DNA of 60,909 nucleotides, counting the filler, from Sphacelaria rigidula (lineage: Eukaryota): assembly GCA_964200075.2 (NCBI GenBank). It is 4 parts of 4 records of this genome, joined end to end, with 100 filler letters (N's around TTAATTAATTAA, not from the genome) between each part and the next. Parts side by side here need not be neighbours in the genome. Positions count along the whole stretch, not along the records: positions 30,511 to 45,662 come from CAXNAA020001886.1; positions 45,763 to 60,909 come from CAXNAA020001887.1; 2 more parts are not named here. One strand, 5' to 3'. The notes under the pieces were generated by a model that saw nothing but the letters and a program-made list of their open reading frames with translations, was not told the origin of the DNA and did not search any database. A program made the translations under genes and the position numbers. Below, piece by piece: positions 37,369 through 49,570 of this stretch. Within the stretch, counting starts at the first letter, position 1. The number at the start of each line of letters is the position of its first letter.

Positions 37369-39643
37369 ATGTCTGCTCCCAACAGCCACTACGATAACCA
37401 CGGTAGCAGCACCAACGCCGCCTCTGCAAACAATCCGCAGGGCAGCGACCCCCACCGCCCATCATAAGGTCGAGCAGGTGATCTAGGGGCTGTTGCGCCC
37501 CGCCACCCCTATCACCTACGCAGCGGCGTGCCCCCTGACATCCAGGGGAGCGGCAGTGGCGGGGGTGCTGCCGGGGGCCTCGACCCCCGGGCGTCTCCCC
37601 CCAGCACCGTGCGCCGGAAGCCACGAGGATCTCGTCCGTCGCTCCCCATCGACGCACCACAGGCAGGATAACGGGGATACCAGACCCTCGACTTCCCGCT
37701 CTCGGAGCCGCCACCGCTCTCGCTCCCGTTCACGGGCAGAGCGCCGTTCTCGCTCTCGCCCCCGCCGCCACCGCTCCCGATCCCGCTACCGCCGAAACTC
37801 TCGCCGCCGCCGCTACCGCCGAAACTCTCGCTCGCCCTCCCGCGGCAGGCGTCAACACTATGTCACTAGGTGGGGATCCCGGGAACGTCGCCACTACCGG
37901 CAGGAGCACAGGGCGTACCAGCAGCAGGCGGGTGCCGGTTGGCTAAGGCGCTGGGGTTGTGATGCACCAAGAGCAGCAGCTGGAGCTGCGGTCCAAGGTC
38001 TAGAATCCAACCAATTGGCGAAGGTGAGCGAACGGGTACGTAGGCGTATTACGCGTGGTCGATCATGCCCAGTGTACGCAGGACCAAGTGCGGGGGAACT
38101 ATCGGCTGTCAACAGCGCTGTTGTGCTGCAATACCAGACATGGTCGACGCTGCGTGCAATGGATCAAGAAGTTTTGAAAATGCCGGAAGATGAATACGTC
38201 AACGGTAAGTGGGTAACACAAACAGATCAATACTCCGCCCGCCGGCGCGACCTCCTGATCGAGTTGCTGGCAGAAACCAGCGGTACGTTTACGTCCTTAA
38301 CCGCAGCGGATCGAGTAGATGTCTATCGTATCACGGGCGAAACCGACACCGCCCCACATGAATCCGTTACTATGACCGACTGGCTACGGATCCTCGTCCG
38401 TGAAGAAGTGATGACGAACGGAGCTACTAAGTTTATACACGCTGCACTAGACGCCATCACCTTAGGTCCCAACGAGTCGTGGAGTGCGGGGGCGCAACGG
38501 GTATTGCTAGCATTTCGCGCGAGTTTAGCTAACCCAGACCAACCATACAGTACCGAAGCCACGTACGTCTGGCGATTTGTCGCCGCCCGGCAGCTAAGCG
38601 AGCTTTACGACCGTATTATCCGGGTCATTCTGTCTAATCCGGTTGATAGGCTAGGTCTACGGTCGATCCTCCACGAAAAGACACACGCAATCTGGGCCAG
38701 GCTGCAGCCTCTGAAGAGCGAATGGCACAATCCTATGGGGTTAGCAATTCAAAGAAGGGGGGACGTAGCCAAAAGTCTTTACGAGTATTTCATCCGTATC
38801 GTGTGCGCCCGCAACGTAGTATACAGCGACGACAGTCACGCCCGCCCCCAACCGCGGACTAGCAACCGCGGCGCGGGATCTGACAGATTATTTTCACTTG
38901 AGGAAGTAAGGAACTTGCTATAGTCGCCCCCGGAGGTCGCCGCAATGCTCCAGCAAACTAGCCCGGAGTCACCTCTCTTTCCCGAAGCACCGCCCGCCCT
39001 GTCAGCCCCTGCTGCGTCCTCTAGTTCTCAGGCGTTAGCCGGCCACCACTCGGCATCACCTCCCGTTGCGGCGTTCAACAACCACCTGGCGGTCTCACCG
39101 GGCTCATACGGCGTGCCCTTCATGCAGAAAAGTTCGACTCCCATCAACCCCGGTCCTCGCGCCACGACTCGGGGTCATGCCGTCGCACCCCGCGCGGTAG
39201 ATTTGCAGCACAAACCCCTGGCACCGCCGTCTGGCAGCGCTTCGCCGCCACCGACACCCGCCAAATCCGCCCAACCAGTCGGTCCGGCCTCGACTCCCGA
39301 ACCATCCGCACCGCCGATTTCCGCGGGACGCGACGCAGTGGTTACCTTCTTACGTGATCGTAAAACCTGTTTCGGTTACGCATTCACCGGCTCGTGCCGT
39401 CACCGGGGCAAGATCCCCTGTCCCTGGACGCACGGTATCATCCCCGCCGCACACTATAGCGGCCTACCGGCCCGCCGCAAGACGGCCATCCCCCAACGCC
39501 GGCTATCCGTGCTTACGGAGGCGCAATACTTGGCGGCAATCGACCTGGGTCTCATCGGCGAAGGCGACGACGATGACGGCGAGGAAATGCTGAGCGCATC
39601 CGTAAGCGAGGCCGCCGCTGGAGACACACGAGCCGACGCGTGA
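37369..39643 (+). pseudogene. gag: Gypsy gag-like ORF (RS-rich tract, helical core, Pro-rich linker, CCCH zinc finger, acidic tail); disrupted
   Basis: Lies between the LTR and the protease. ATG at 37369 is followed by a stop/frameshift near 37465-37493. ORFs 37493..38923 and 38945..39643 are in one frame, split by TAG at 38921. CFGYAFTGSCRHRGKIPCPWTH at 39368-39433. Confidence 0.7.
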
Positions 39644-42600
39644 AGGCGCGCCCCAGGTGCAATTGACCTGGGGAACCTTCGCCGACCCAGCGCCACCATA
39701 ATATCCCAGCGTCGAGGAAGCCAACTTTGGGTAACGGGCGAGATCTGGCACCGACGGTGTCTCCGTCGGCCGTGGCCGATAGAAGTCTTGCTGGACAGGG
39801 GAGCGGGAGGGGGCAACTATATGCCAGAAGCGTTATGGCGCAGCTTACCCAAGGCCAACATCCTGGACGATACGCCAAACCCTGAGGCGGCAGGTGTTCT
39901 CTGTGCAGCTAACCATCGCAGAGTAAGGTTCCCCCAACGCGAATAATCGGTTCCGTAACTGTGCCCTTGCTTTTGACGTCTGACTCGCGGGTCCGTAATG
40001 TACCAGTGTAAGTAGTGGAGGGCCTGCCGTACGGCTTCATTTTAGGTGCAGATTATTTTCGGTACAATAACAGTATCCTAGATTTCACCCCAGGAAAAGG
40101 GTTCCGCCCCTCGCAAGCGGCACCGTGGATCCCGTTCCTGACAAGCGAAAATCCTACGTACCACATTCAAGATAATATATTAGTAGCCCTGTACAACGCG
40201 ACGGAAACCACCGCCTCCCTAGCTGCGCTCGCTTGTCCGTCCATCCACAACCACCCCAGCTACCGTGACATAGCTTGGGAAGGCGACAGTACCCTAGAGT
40301 GGAAGCTGCGCTTGGTCGGACAAACGATCACGCTCAGCGGCTTCGTCAGCGCCGCGGTAGAAACAGCCGCGATCGGTCCTCAACCACAGGATAAGCAGTT
40401 TGTGCTTGTACTCCCACAAGCAAACTTCGACCTGGACACGGGGGCAGAGGTGGGGATCGCGAAGGGGGTATCGTGGTGGCAGCCGGGGTCGCCGGTGTAC
40501 TGTAAACTTGTGAGTAGAAGTAAGGAGCAGGTGGCAGTGAAACCTGCTGGCACGGTCGCGCGTATGATAGCACTGAACGTACGCGATCCCGCCAGATTTC
40601 ACTCACTGTTTGACCCCCACCCGTCTACGACAGACCCCCCCGTGGACCCCCCACCCCGCGCCTTACGTTCAGACAGTAGTTGCTTGGCCCAACCAAATCC
40701 TAAGGTCAACGTGAAGGACGCCAACATGGGCCAGCTTGGAGCAGCAGAAAAGAGAGAGCTGGTAAACACGCTGCTGAGCTTCATCGAAGCAGGCTTGTTC
40801 CCCACAGACCCCAAGCGGGCTCCCGCTTGTATCAACGGTGAGCTCGAACTCCCCCTAACTAACGAATCATGTACGCCATTCGCAGCTAAGCAACGTCGAT
40901 TTTCCCCGGAGGAACGTCACATGATCCGCGAAGAGATACACAAGCTTCTTGATCGCGGGATCATTCGACCCTCACCCTCCCCGTGCGCAGCCCAATGCCT
41001 ATGCGTGAAGAGAAAAGACGGCACCCTGTGCTTGTGCATTGATTGGCGTGAACTGAACAAACTCTTAGTGTCGGACAGCGGGGGTCTCGGGGATATGCAA
41101 TCCATTTTCGACAGCCTCAAAGGTGAGCGTTACTTCACCCAACTCGACCTGGCCTCCGGTTTCCACCAAATCGAGATCGCGGAGAAAGATCGCTTCAAAA
41201 CGGCGTTCCGAGATGCAGATGGCCTCTTATACGAGTTTACACGAGCAGGCTTTGGTCTAACAGTCCTACCCGCCGCGTTCACCCGTCGGGTAAAAGGTAC
41301 GGTAGGACAGTTGGATGGAGTGTTCACTTGGCTTGACGATATTCTTATCGCGACCACATCCTGGGACGAGCATCTAGCCCTACTCGTGATCGTGTTACAA
41401 CGCTTGTTGGTCGCGGGATTCTCGGTGAACTTCGTCAAGTGCATTTTTGTATCGGCGTCGCAATAGTTTCTGGGCATGCTGGTAGATAGCAGCGGCCTTC
41501 AACCCGCGCCATCCAAGCTCGCCGCCATCGCCGAGATGCCCAGACCATCCACCGTCGAGGAACTACGTACCTTCCTCGGCCTGACAGGGTATCTGCGTCA
41601 GTTTGTTGAGAAATACAGCCTAGTAGCCGCCCCACTAACCGATCTGCTCCGCAACGAAGATTTCGCATCCAAGCGTGCACGAAAGCTGTCCATACCGTGG
41701 AATACCGAGCAGGAAGAGGCATTCCAAGCCCTCAAAGCGGCCTTATCCTCGCCGAAGGTACTAGCCTTCCCCGATCCCAACAATTCGTTTATACTACAGA
41801 CGGACGCCAGCGAGTTGGGGGCTGGGGCGGTGCTGCTGCAGCCGGTGGGGTGCGAAACACGTATCGTATCATTTGGCAGCTATCGATTCTCTCGTAACGA
41901 CTCGCGCAGAGCACCCACAGCACGAGAGTGCATGGCTGTCTTGTGGGCTGCCCAACACTACAGACCATACTTGGCGGGAAGAAGGTTCACGTTGATCCCG
42001 GACTGTTCGGCACTCATATGGTTGTTCCGTAGCCGCGATCTCTGCCCTAAGTTACACAGGTGGGCCTTGCGGCTAATGGAGTATGACATCGACCTTCAGT
42101 GGCGGGAGGGGTCCCAACATGTGCTGCCAGATGCATTGTCCCGACTCCCACACGCGAGTGAGCCACAGCCCGACATTGATGACTCCTATCCGGACGATTT
42201 CACGTCGGGCTCGCCGACACAATTTGTAGGCCCAAAGGGACCTCAACTCGCGGGACAACGACTGTCGGACCTACAACCAGAAGAAGCGGGTACGTCAGTA
42301 AGTGCAGACACAGGTATGCGCTCATCGTCGAATGCCAACGATCCAATGGAAATCGCCACCCTGAGTCTACTCCCTTTCTCAGAATGCGTAGTCATCAATG
42401 ATAACCAACCCGTGCGCCGTTCAGCTCGTGTTTGCAGACCGTCAGTACGCCTGCAACCCCCCGATGCCGCGTACACAACATCCCTGCCCTTCACTCCTCA
42501 AGTAGTCGACCCGAATCCGCCCGCAGAGCCAACGCCGATTGAAGTACCGCTACAGGTGCCTAAACCGATCATTCCCCCGACCACCGGTTAAAGGGTAGAA

Positions 42601-44502
42601 GTGGATGTAGTACTCCTAGCCGGGGGAAAAATGCCTACGGGGTTAACGGATCTGGACTTGACGGACACAACGGCGATCGAGCGTGCACTACGGATACTCA
42701 CCAACGTGAGCAATCTCCGGCACCACCAACAAAGAGATTCCTTTCTCAAACAGGTGCAGTCAGATCTTGCAGGCAGCGAAACACCAGAGACGGTGAGTGA
42801 GAGACGGTCAGATTACAAAGTAGACGAGCAAGGTATACTGTGGTACCGAGCAGCCAACGATAAGGAGCTGCTAGCTGTGCCGAAAACGATGGTAGCCGAC
42901 CTGTTGGCACTCGTGCATACACTCCACGGACATGTCGGAGTAGGCGCCACCCTTGCTCTGATACACAATTGCTTCCACTGGTCCACCATGACACGTGACA
43001 CCAGACAGTACGTGCTATCGTGCAGCTGCAGACGACGCAAGAAGGCAAACAGCCGTTAAATGGCGATGAGACCGGGGCGCACTTTACACCCATGGGCTGA
43101 GTTGAAAATCGACCTACTAACCATTGATGTGATGTCGCACTCGCGCAACAAGTACCTTCTGCTGGAACTTGACCCCGCCTCCCGATTCCCGTTCGGGTTT
43201 CCTCTGTCATCAAAGGAAGCGGACGAGATCGCACGCATCCTAGCAGAGTTGTGCCTAACGTTTGGTGCCCCACAAATGATCCGCTGCGACAGGGGCAAAG
43301 AGTTCAGGGCCGATGTCGTCACGCATCTGTACAAGTGGTTGAAGGCAGATATCGCTTTTGGGCCGTCGGACCACCCACGTGGCCAGGGAGCGGTCGAGCG
43401 ACTTGGGGGGTGGCTGTTGGACATGCTATCGGAACATTGTGGGCTGTGGCCCCAGAGGTGGGATGAGTATGTCTCACCCGCCCTCTGGATCAAGCGCACA
43501 TTGCTTGACACATCGCTCCCCTCTAACGTGTCCTCTTTTGAGCTGCTGTTCGGCCGCAAACCGCGCACATCGCTAGACTCGCTCGTGCCTCTCTCACAAG
43601 AAGCAGAACCGAGCAAGGGACGAGATGCCTCCGTTGAACAGCGCAGACAGAACCTCCGTGAGGTAAGGATGACGATGGACAAGAGGCAGGGGGCAAAAGC
43701 AGCGTCGCGGGAGAAGGACAATGCAGCCGTCTCTAGACCATCAGCGGGCGTGTCGGTCACGGAAGGGGATCTGGTCATGGTGAGGGAGAGTGAAAGCTCC
43801 ACGTATCGAGATGGTAGGGGCAGAAAGCTGCAGCACGATAGGTATACAGGACCTTGGACGGTGAAAAAGGTACTGATGGTCGGACACAGTCTCGAGGCAG
43901 CGATGTAAGGACGAAAACTACGTACTCGCACAGTAGCCCCGTCTGATGTCAGACCGTACCATGTGCGGCTGCCGCACTTGAGACACTCCATGGCCGACGA
44001 GTTCGCCCAGTTCGCATGGAGTTCGGACTTCAAGATATCGTCTCCGCCTCACTCCTCACCCCGCCTCCTTACCACAGTGAACCGCCGCGAGTGCAAATCG
44101 GGGAGAGGTGCAGGTTGGGAGTATCAAGGAAGGACGCAGCGGGGGTCGACGTCAGATTGGCTTCCGGAGAGCAAAGTCCTGGAAAACTTCACACCTCTGC
44201 AACTGGATGGCTTCCACGCACTGTGGTGTCTTTACCACCCGCCTAAGACTCCAAGTACGCCATCTCGCCCGAGCATCCGCCAGACCCCCCTGTCACGCAG
44301 TGACGCCCTGAACTTGTTCCCCATAGGTTATACGTTCTGGAAGAATTTCGGCAGGGTCAAGCAGAGAGGACAAGTGTTCGACTACGGCAAGCGTTTCTGG
44401 AGAGTGCGATACGACGACGGGGACTGGGAAGAGTTGTCACGGAGAGAGCTCCAACAGCTAACGCAGTCGAGCAAGACGACAACACCGCCAGTCACGAACT
44501 AG
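39644..44502 (+). pseudogene. pol: Gypsy pol (protease, RT, RNase H, integrase, chromo-like, Tudor-like); several stops
   Basis: Protease EVLLDRGAGGGNY (39782-39820; D[T/S]G degenerate) and FILGADYF. RT LCIDWRELNK, FTQLDLASGFHQI, KTAF, WLDDILI. RNase H QTDASELGAGAVL. IN IRCDRGKEF, GAVER, YTGPW. One frameshift lies at ~39915-39945, with stops at ~40009, 41464, 42589, 43057 and 43906; the last four are sense codons in copy 1. Confidence 0.92.
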
Positions 44503-45662
44503 GAAGCAGCGCAATTGGAAAAAAAAACTAGAAAAAAAAAGGCACTAGATGGGACAAAACGTAGAAGTAGCAACTCTTCAGCACGGTACCTTGAGAGTGT
44601 GCCGTCTATATCCTGTTGTCTCCGGTCTTTCTTTCTCTTTTCATACGTATATAGTTGAGGAAGTACGAACGTTGTCTTGAGTTTTTGTTCTCATCTTTCT
44701 TTTTTTTTCCCCTTTTTTCGTGCCCTTTCCCTTTTTATTTTTGACATATATAGCCTGGCGAACGGAGCTCGTTGCATTAGCCGTTTCTTTTTCTTTCTAC
44801 GTCTCCCCTGGGTTCCATAGTCGCTTTTGCTTGTTTTCTATAGCCCTTTGTCCGACTTCAATGAAAAACGCGTTTTGTACGCACACGAGGAGCACACGGG
44901 ACTGTCAGCCCAAATAATTTCCGCTTTTCGTGGTTCACTCTCAATTCGAGAAAAATCAATCATACGGTTGATCGTAGAGCACTCTCGTCTCTCCTCCCAG
45001 CTTGTTGTAATAATAATGCATGATCTCTTGACATCGGGATGATTATTATATTGTTATGGGAAGCTACTAGTCGTACTGTTGTACCTATGACTCAGGTGCC
45101 CACGTGGCCAGCGTGTGCTGCAGATTCCGGCATGGGCGGACGGACTCCTACGCGCCACGCTAGCAACAGTTAGGTCACCACCATAGGTATCTTTTTTTAC
45201 TCCGTATGTCAAGAAGGTCTCCACAAGTGTTTGATCTCTCACGCACACACACCCCAAATGGCCTGTGGCAGGCTCTTCTGCTCGGGCACCCTGTTGGGGG
45301 GAGGGGGAGGTTGGGGAAAATTAACGATGAATAACACCCCCTAAGTTCAAATTGGATCAATCTGTTATTGCCGCAGCACCGTCCTTGCTGGCATGTGTGA
45401 GACAGAGAACAGTAGTAGCGGTGACGGGAACATCGCCCTGTTTCTCGACGACATGTTTTTCAGTGCACAGACGCGCGTCTTGTCCAAAAGAGAGGCAGAG
45501 AGAAATTGATCTTCGCATCAAGCAAGCAAGAAGAGACGAAATCTCTCCGCAGCTCTGTGTCCTGCCACAACATGGAAAATTGGGTACATGCTGGTAACAT
45601 CGATGATGCGAGTCTCTCGAGCGATAGTGGTAATCGCCGAGCGAGGGCACGCAAAGGACACG

Positions 45663-45762
45663 NNNNNNNNNNNNNNNNNNNNNNNNNNNNNNNNNNNNNN
45701 NNNNNNTTAATTAATTAANNNNNNNNNNNNNNNNNNNNNNNNNNNNNNNNNNNNNNNNNNNN
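45663..45762. other. Artificial contig spacer N44-TTAATTAATTAA-N44
   Basis: Exactly 100 bp, same structure as the other two spacers. Confidence 0.97.
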
Positions 45763-46560
45763 GTGTTTGTGCTGCAGCACGGTGGAACAGCACACGTCCC
45801 ATGTGATAATAGTTCTTCCCCTCATTTCAAACGGTTCCTCAACTTTTGCCGAGTGCCGATTTTTTAATGCTAGGCCATGATCGCACTTCGCGCGATTTTT
45901 TTTTAATTCACTTTGAGTTACCTCTATCTGTGAAAGGTGATCCATTAATAGTGTGTTGGGTCGTCTGACACACTTTTGAGCCCTGTTCAGGGGAATCAAG
46001 CACCCGCCCCCTATCGTAGCATGGCTCGTAACTTCCGTCAGTGTAAAAGAGCGAAGGGCGGCATAGACAATACACGGGCGTCTTCCTGACAAGTGAACTC
46101 CCTACCGGTTTTTGTGCAGCTCATTTATCTAGTACTGCTGACGGAGACAGTCTTGTCTGAGATGCAGCTTGTTTTTAGAGCAACAGTGTGCAGAGATATA
46201 TGAATAATCACGGAAGGCAAGCTGTACCGGTTGTGCAGTTTACACTTTGGCTGGAAGAATCCTGGACCACAAAAGTCTGAAAACATTATCGACGTGTAAA
46301 CTAAAAACATCGGCTTGGGGTACGAGGTGTAAGACCATCGCAACTCAACCGTACTTGCTTGGCGTACAGCGGTGGATCCAATTTTATGCCGGATAATGTA
46401 CCCCGAAAATGCCGGCAAATAATCGAAATGGCATAAAATCGTTTTCATGCCGGTTCGGCATGACCCCCCCCCCCCCCCCCCCTTTATACCGATTCGTCAC
46501 AACAAAATCGGAAAAATTCACTTAGCGCGATTGTGCTTTACGAAACAGCCGGTGGACGTA

Positions 46561-46630
46561 TGGGTGTGTTTTCGTCCCATCTATTTCGGGCGCCGATCAA
46601 CACCTTCTCAGTATATCTGGGCGCACCAAC
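46561..46630 (-). mobile_element. SINE family 1 3'-end fragment
   Basis: gtgtgttttcgtcccatctatttcgggcgccg...caccttctcagtatatctgggcgcacca is the reverse complement of the copy B 3' end. Confidence 0.55.
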
Positions 46631-46875
46631 ATGGGAAAAGTAGTGTTCATCGTTCTCTACAAGGTGTATGGGCATAATTTCAAATTCTGGGGCGCGCGAG
46701 AGAGACACAATACTCTGCTGTCGTGTCGTGGTGTACGTTCCGCACTGTCTGTCTGTACTACTGTAATATATTGACCGAGGAATACATTGTGGGCTGCGTG
46801 ACGCAAGACGAGCAATGAGAACACCACCTTGCTGTACCAAGTGACTGTAGAGCTGACCGTTGGGCTTCCCCGCTA

Positions 46876-47322
46876 CACCGTAGTACTCGATTGTACGGAC
46901 AGCACGGACAACAGTACAGACAGTGCTGTATTGCATGCATTGGCTGTAGTACTACAACAGTAGCACTATTCATAGTCTTATGTGTACTTTCAGTACGGTC
47001 CTGTATCTACAAGGCTTGGGTGCGTAGGCGGTCTGTACTGCAAAGCAACATCTGTTCGCAACACGCTGCATGCACAGACCTGAACTGAGCTGCACCTTCC
47101 CAACACCGTAATACTCGATTGTTCGGGCAGCACGGACAACAGTACAAGACAGTACTGTGTTGTATGGATTGGATGTACTACAGTAGTAGCACTACCTGTC
47201 TTTTAGTCTTTTGTGTGCTGCCAGTCCGGTCCTGTCTCTACAAGGCTTGGGTGCGTGGGTAGTCTGTAAAGCATTGCGAGGCCTGTTCGCAACACGCTGC
47301 GTGCGCAGACCTGAACTGAGCC
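46876..47322. repeat. Tandem duplication, 2 x ~228 bp, diverged
   Basis: caccgta.tactcgattgt.cgg.cagcacggacaacagtaca...ctacaaggcttgggtgcgt...tgttcgcaacacgctgc.tgc.cagacctgaactgagc occurs at ~46876-47090 and ~47104-47322. Confidence 0.85.
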
Positions 47323-48256
47323 ACAATATTGTACGGGCTACATATAGACTATCCCCATCTGTACAGCACTCGTCATCGACCCTGCCCTCTGATGCTGTTC
47401 TCATGGGGTGAAGGGCCACCACGCTACTGGCGAGCGAAGGACAATGATGCAACACGCTAAATGCCCGTGAGCACCAGCGACAGCAGTAGTGATGACAGTC
47501 AAGCCATCACAGGTGCTGTCGTGGGCTGTAAGGTGTGTCCAAACGCTTTTTCAATGACATTTTTCGATAACTCAAGGTAATCAGAAAATCACGGTTTTCT
47601 GATGACCGTGGGCTGTCGGAAAATGTCATCAGATTTTGTTCTATCGTAAAAAGCGTTTTCTGATCACATAAGAAGTGTTTTTTTGGTCATTTATCACAAA
47701 ACGCGTTCATTTATCACAAAACGCGTTTTTTGTAGAGTTTTTTTCATACATAAGAAGTAGCCTAACGCTGAAAAAAGAATACCAATCCCACCGAAACTAT
47801 CTTCACTAGCAACGTTTACTTACTCGCACTACCGAGGAGTGTGCCAGCCTACCTCTACAGGATCGCCATGTTGACACTCACCCAAATCACACATAGAGCA
47901 TTCGCAATACACGGAAATGACACAAATTGCTGGTTATTGATGTCATCCAATTGAAGGATTTCAATGAGAAACAATACCATTCGGCTACTATCCGAGACGA
48001 CAGAAACAGAAGTTCCACCGAACGCCGTAGTATTGTTTATACTGTATTGCAAAGTATATGTCTCACCTGTACTTACGTGCTGTATACGTGCATCTAGGCG
48101 ATAATCTTGAATGAAAACCATGGACAGGAAACGCTCAGCCCCACAATAGGCGATATTCTCCCCCGGCAGCTTTGATACCGTACCAAACAGTGCTGCACGA
48201 CACACGTTTCGATATCAGCAGATCAAACGGCTACAGTTAACGCATCCTACGTCTGT

Positions 48257-48400
48257 GCGCGTGTGGTCATCCCATCTGTCCTGGACACCACTCCACACCT
48301 TTCGGTATACTGTATGTGGGCGCAGTCGGGACCATACATGAGGAAGATCAACTCAGGGGCTTTCTTATTTCCATTTTTGTTTTTAGCACTCCACTCGTGT
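48257..48400 (-). mobile_element. SINE family 1 3' fragment, diverged
   Basis: gtgtggtcatcccatctgtcctggacacc...acacctttcggtat...tgtgggcgca...catgaggaag...ttttagcactcca matches the reverse complement of the copy A/B 3' half. Confidence 0.5.
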
Positions 48401-49242
48401 CCACATGGTATTCCCTGTGCTTCAATATATAGTCCGCATCAAGTCGGTCCTCTTCAAGTGTGTGCTGCCATGGAAAAAGTGGGGTCAGGATGGCGGGGCA
48501 GGGTTTGTCCATCCTTGTCCATCCATCGTCATCCTTCCACACTGTAGACAGTACCTGGAACACCCAGGACAAAACAATCCCCCCTTTGAGTTCAGGTAGC
48601 AAGGGGGTAGGGCACATCGAAGACTTACACATCGCAACAGCTCCCGTTTTGATTACCTCGGGCACGTGTATTTTGTGACCCCCGCTGCATCCCTCAGCGA
48701 CCGGGTTATGTGCTGTAATCAATCGGCCAATCGAAAACCTGCTCCGATTGCTCTTCCCTTCACCCAAGTTTTTCATACTGTACACAAAGGCTGAGTCAAG
48801 CCTCCGCTACTGGAACCACCACAGCGCAGGAAGAGGAGAGGATATCAGGGCCCGTCTTGACAACAAAAATCTAATTCGAAATCGAAATATGCGGTCAAGT
48901 GAGAACAGCAAGTATGAGAGGTTGTTGTGACTGTCACAATCGCACGGCATACATGATTCCAAACCTGCACAATGCGGAGCAAAAAAAACATCCTACACGA
49001 TTGCTTCCTCACATCGCTGATGTCGGCCTCGCATGGAACTATATGCACTTGCTCAACTGTCAGAAGTAGCCACGGGCACCGGCTTTTTAGGGCCAGTGAG
49101 TGTTCTCGTCCCGAAAGGAGTTTCTGGCGCCCACGCGGTTAGTAAATCAAATAGATGTCGTTCGGTTACGGCCTGAGACTACAGATCCAGAATATCCGGG
49201 TAACCTTCAAACATTGTGTGTGCGGTGTTGTAGATAATGGAT

Positions 49243-49570
49243 GTCGCCGCGCCCCGGTGATCTAATGATCTTATGATCTAATGGTAATGGCATGACTGAA
49301 TTTGGTCGTGCCACGAAAATGCGGGTTCGTTCCCCCATAGATGCAGTTTCAATTAATTGTTGCTTGAAGAGTTTCTGATTTCTGTTGTCAAAAAACGTGA
49401 GTACGTGAGTAGGAAAACCATATATTTGCCGAAAGTCTACGCGGTGCAGAAGTAGTGTTGGTCCATCCCACGAGACCAAAACGCAATGTGTGTAGCAGGG
49501 GAGATGTGTGCTGATCCCTTGAGAGCACGGACTAGTCTCCAGGAAGGGGAAGGGTTAAAATTGTAACGAG
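49243..49570 (+). mobile_element. tRNA-derived SINE family 2, copy A
   Basis: Head gccgcgccccggtg...aatggt and B-box-like GGTTCGTTCCC. The body and 3' part (cgtgag.acgtgag, cgag.cc.aaa.gcaa, tgatcccttgaga, cacggact.gtc.c.aggaaggggaaggg) are shared with 56612-56935. Confidence 0.6.

Larger units (their letters stand above)
34985..44846 (+). mobile_element. Ty3/Gypsy LTR retrotransposon copy 2 (LTR-gag-pro-RT-RH-IN; truncated in the 3' UTR before the PPT)
   Basis: Complete internal domain set. The 3' UTR matches copy 1 until ~44846 (ttttctatagcc) and then switches to unrelated sequence. Confidence 0.9.

Noticed and set aside
48590-48980. Ty1/Copia RT relic on the minus strand (YSMKNLGE, cf. 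F.MKDLGE)
   Set aside because: Only one short motif plus vague context; too weak to call without a translated search.
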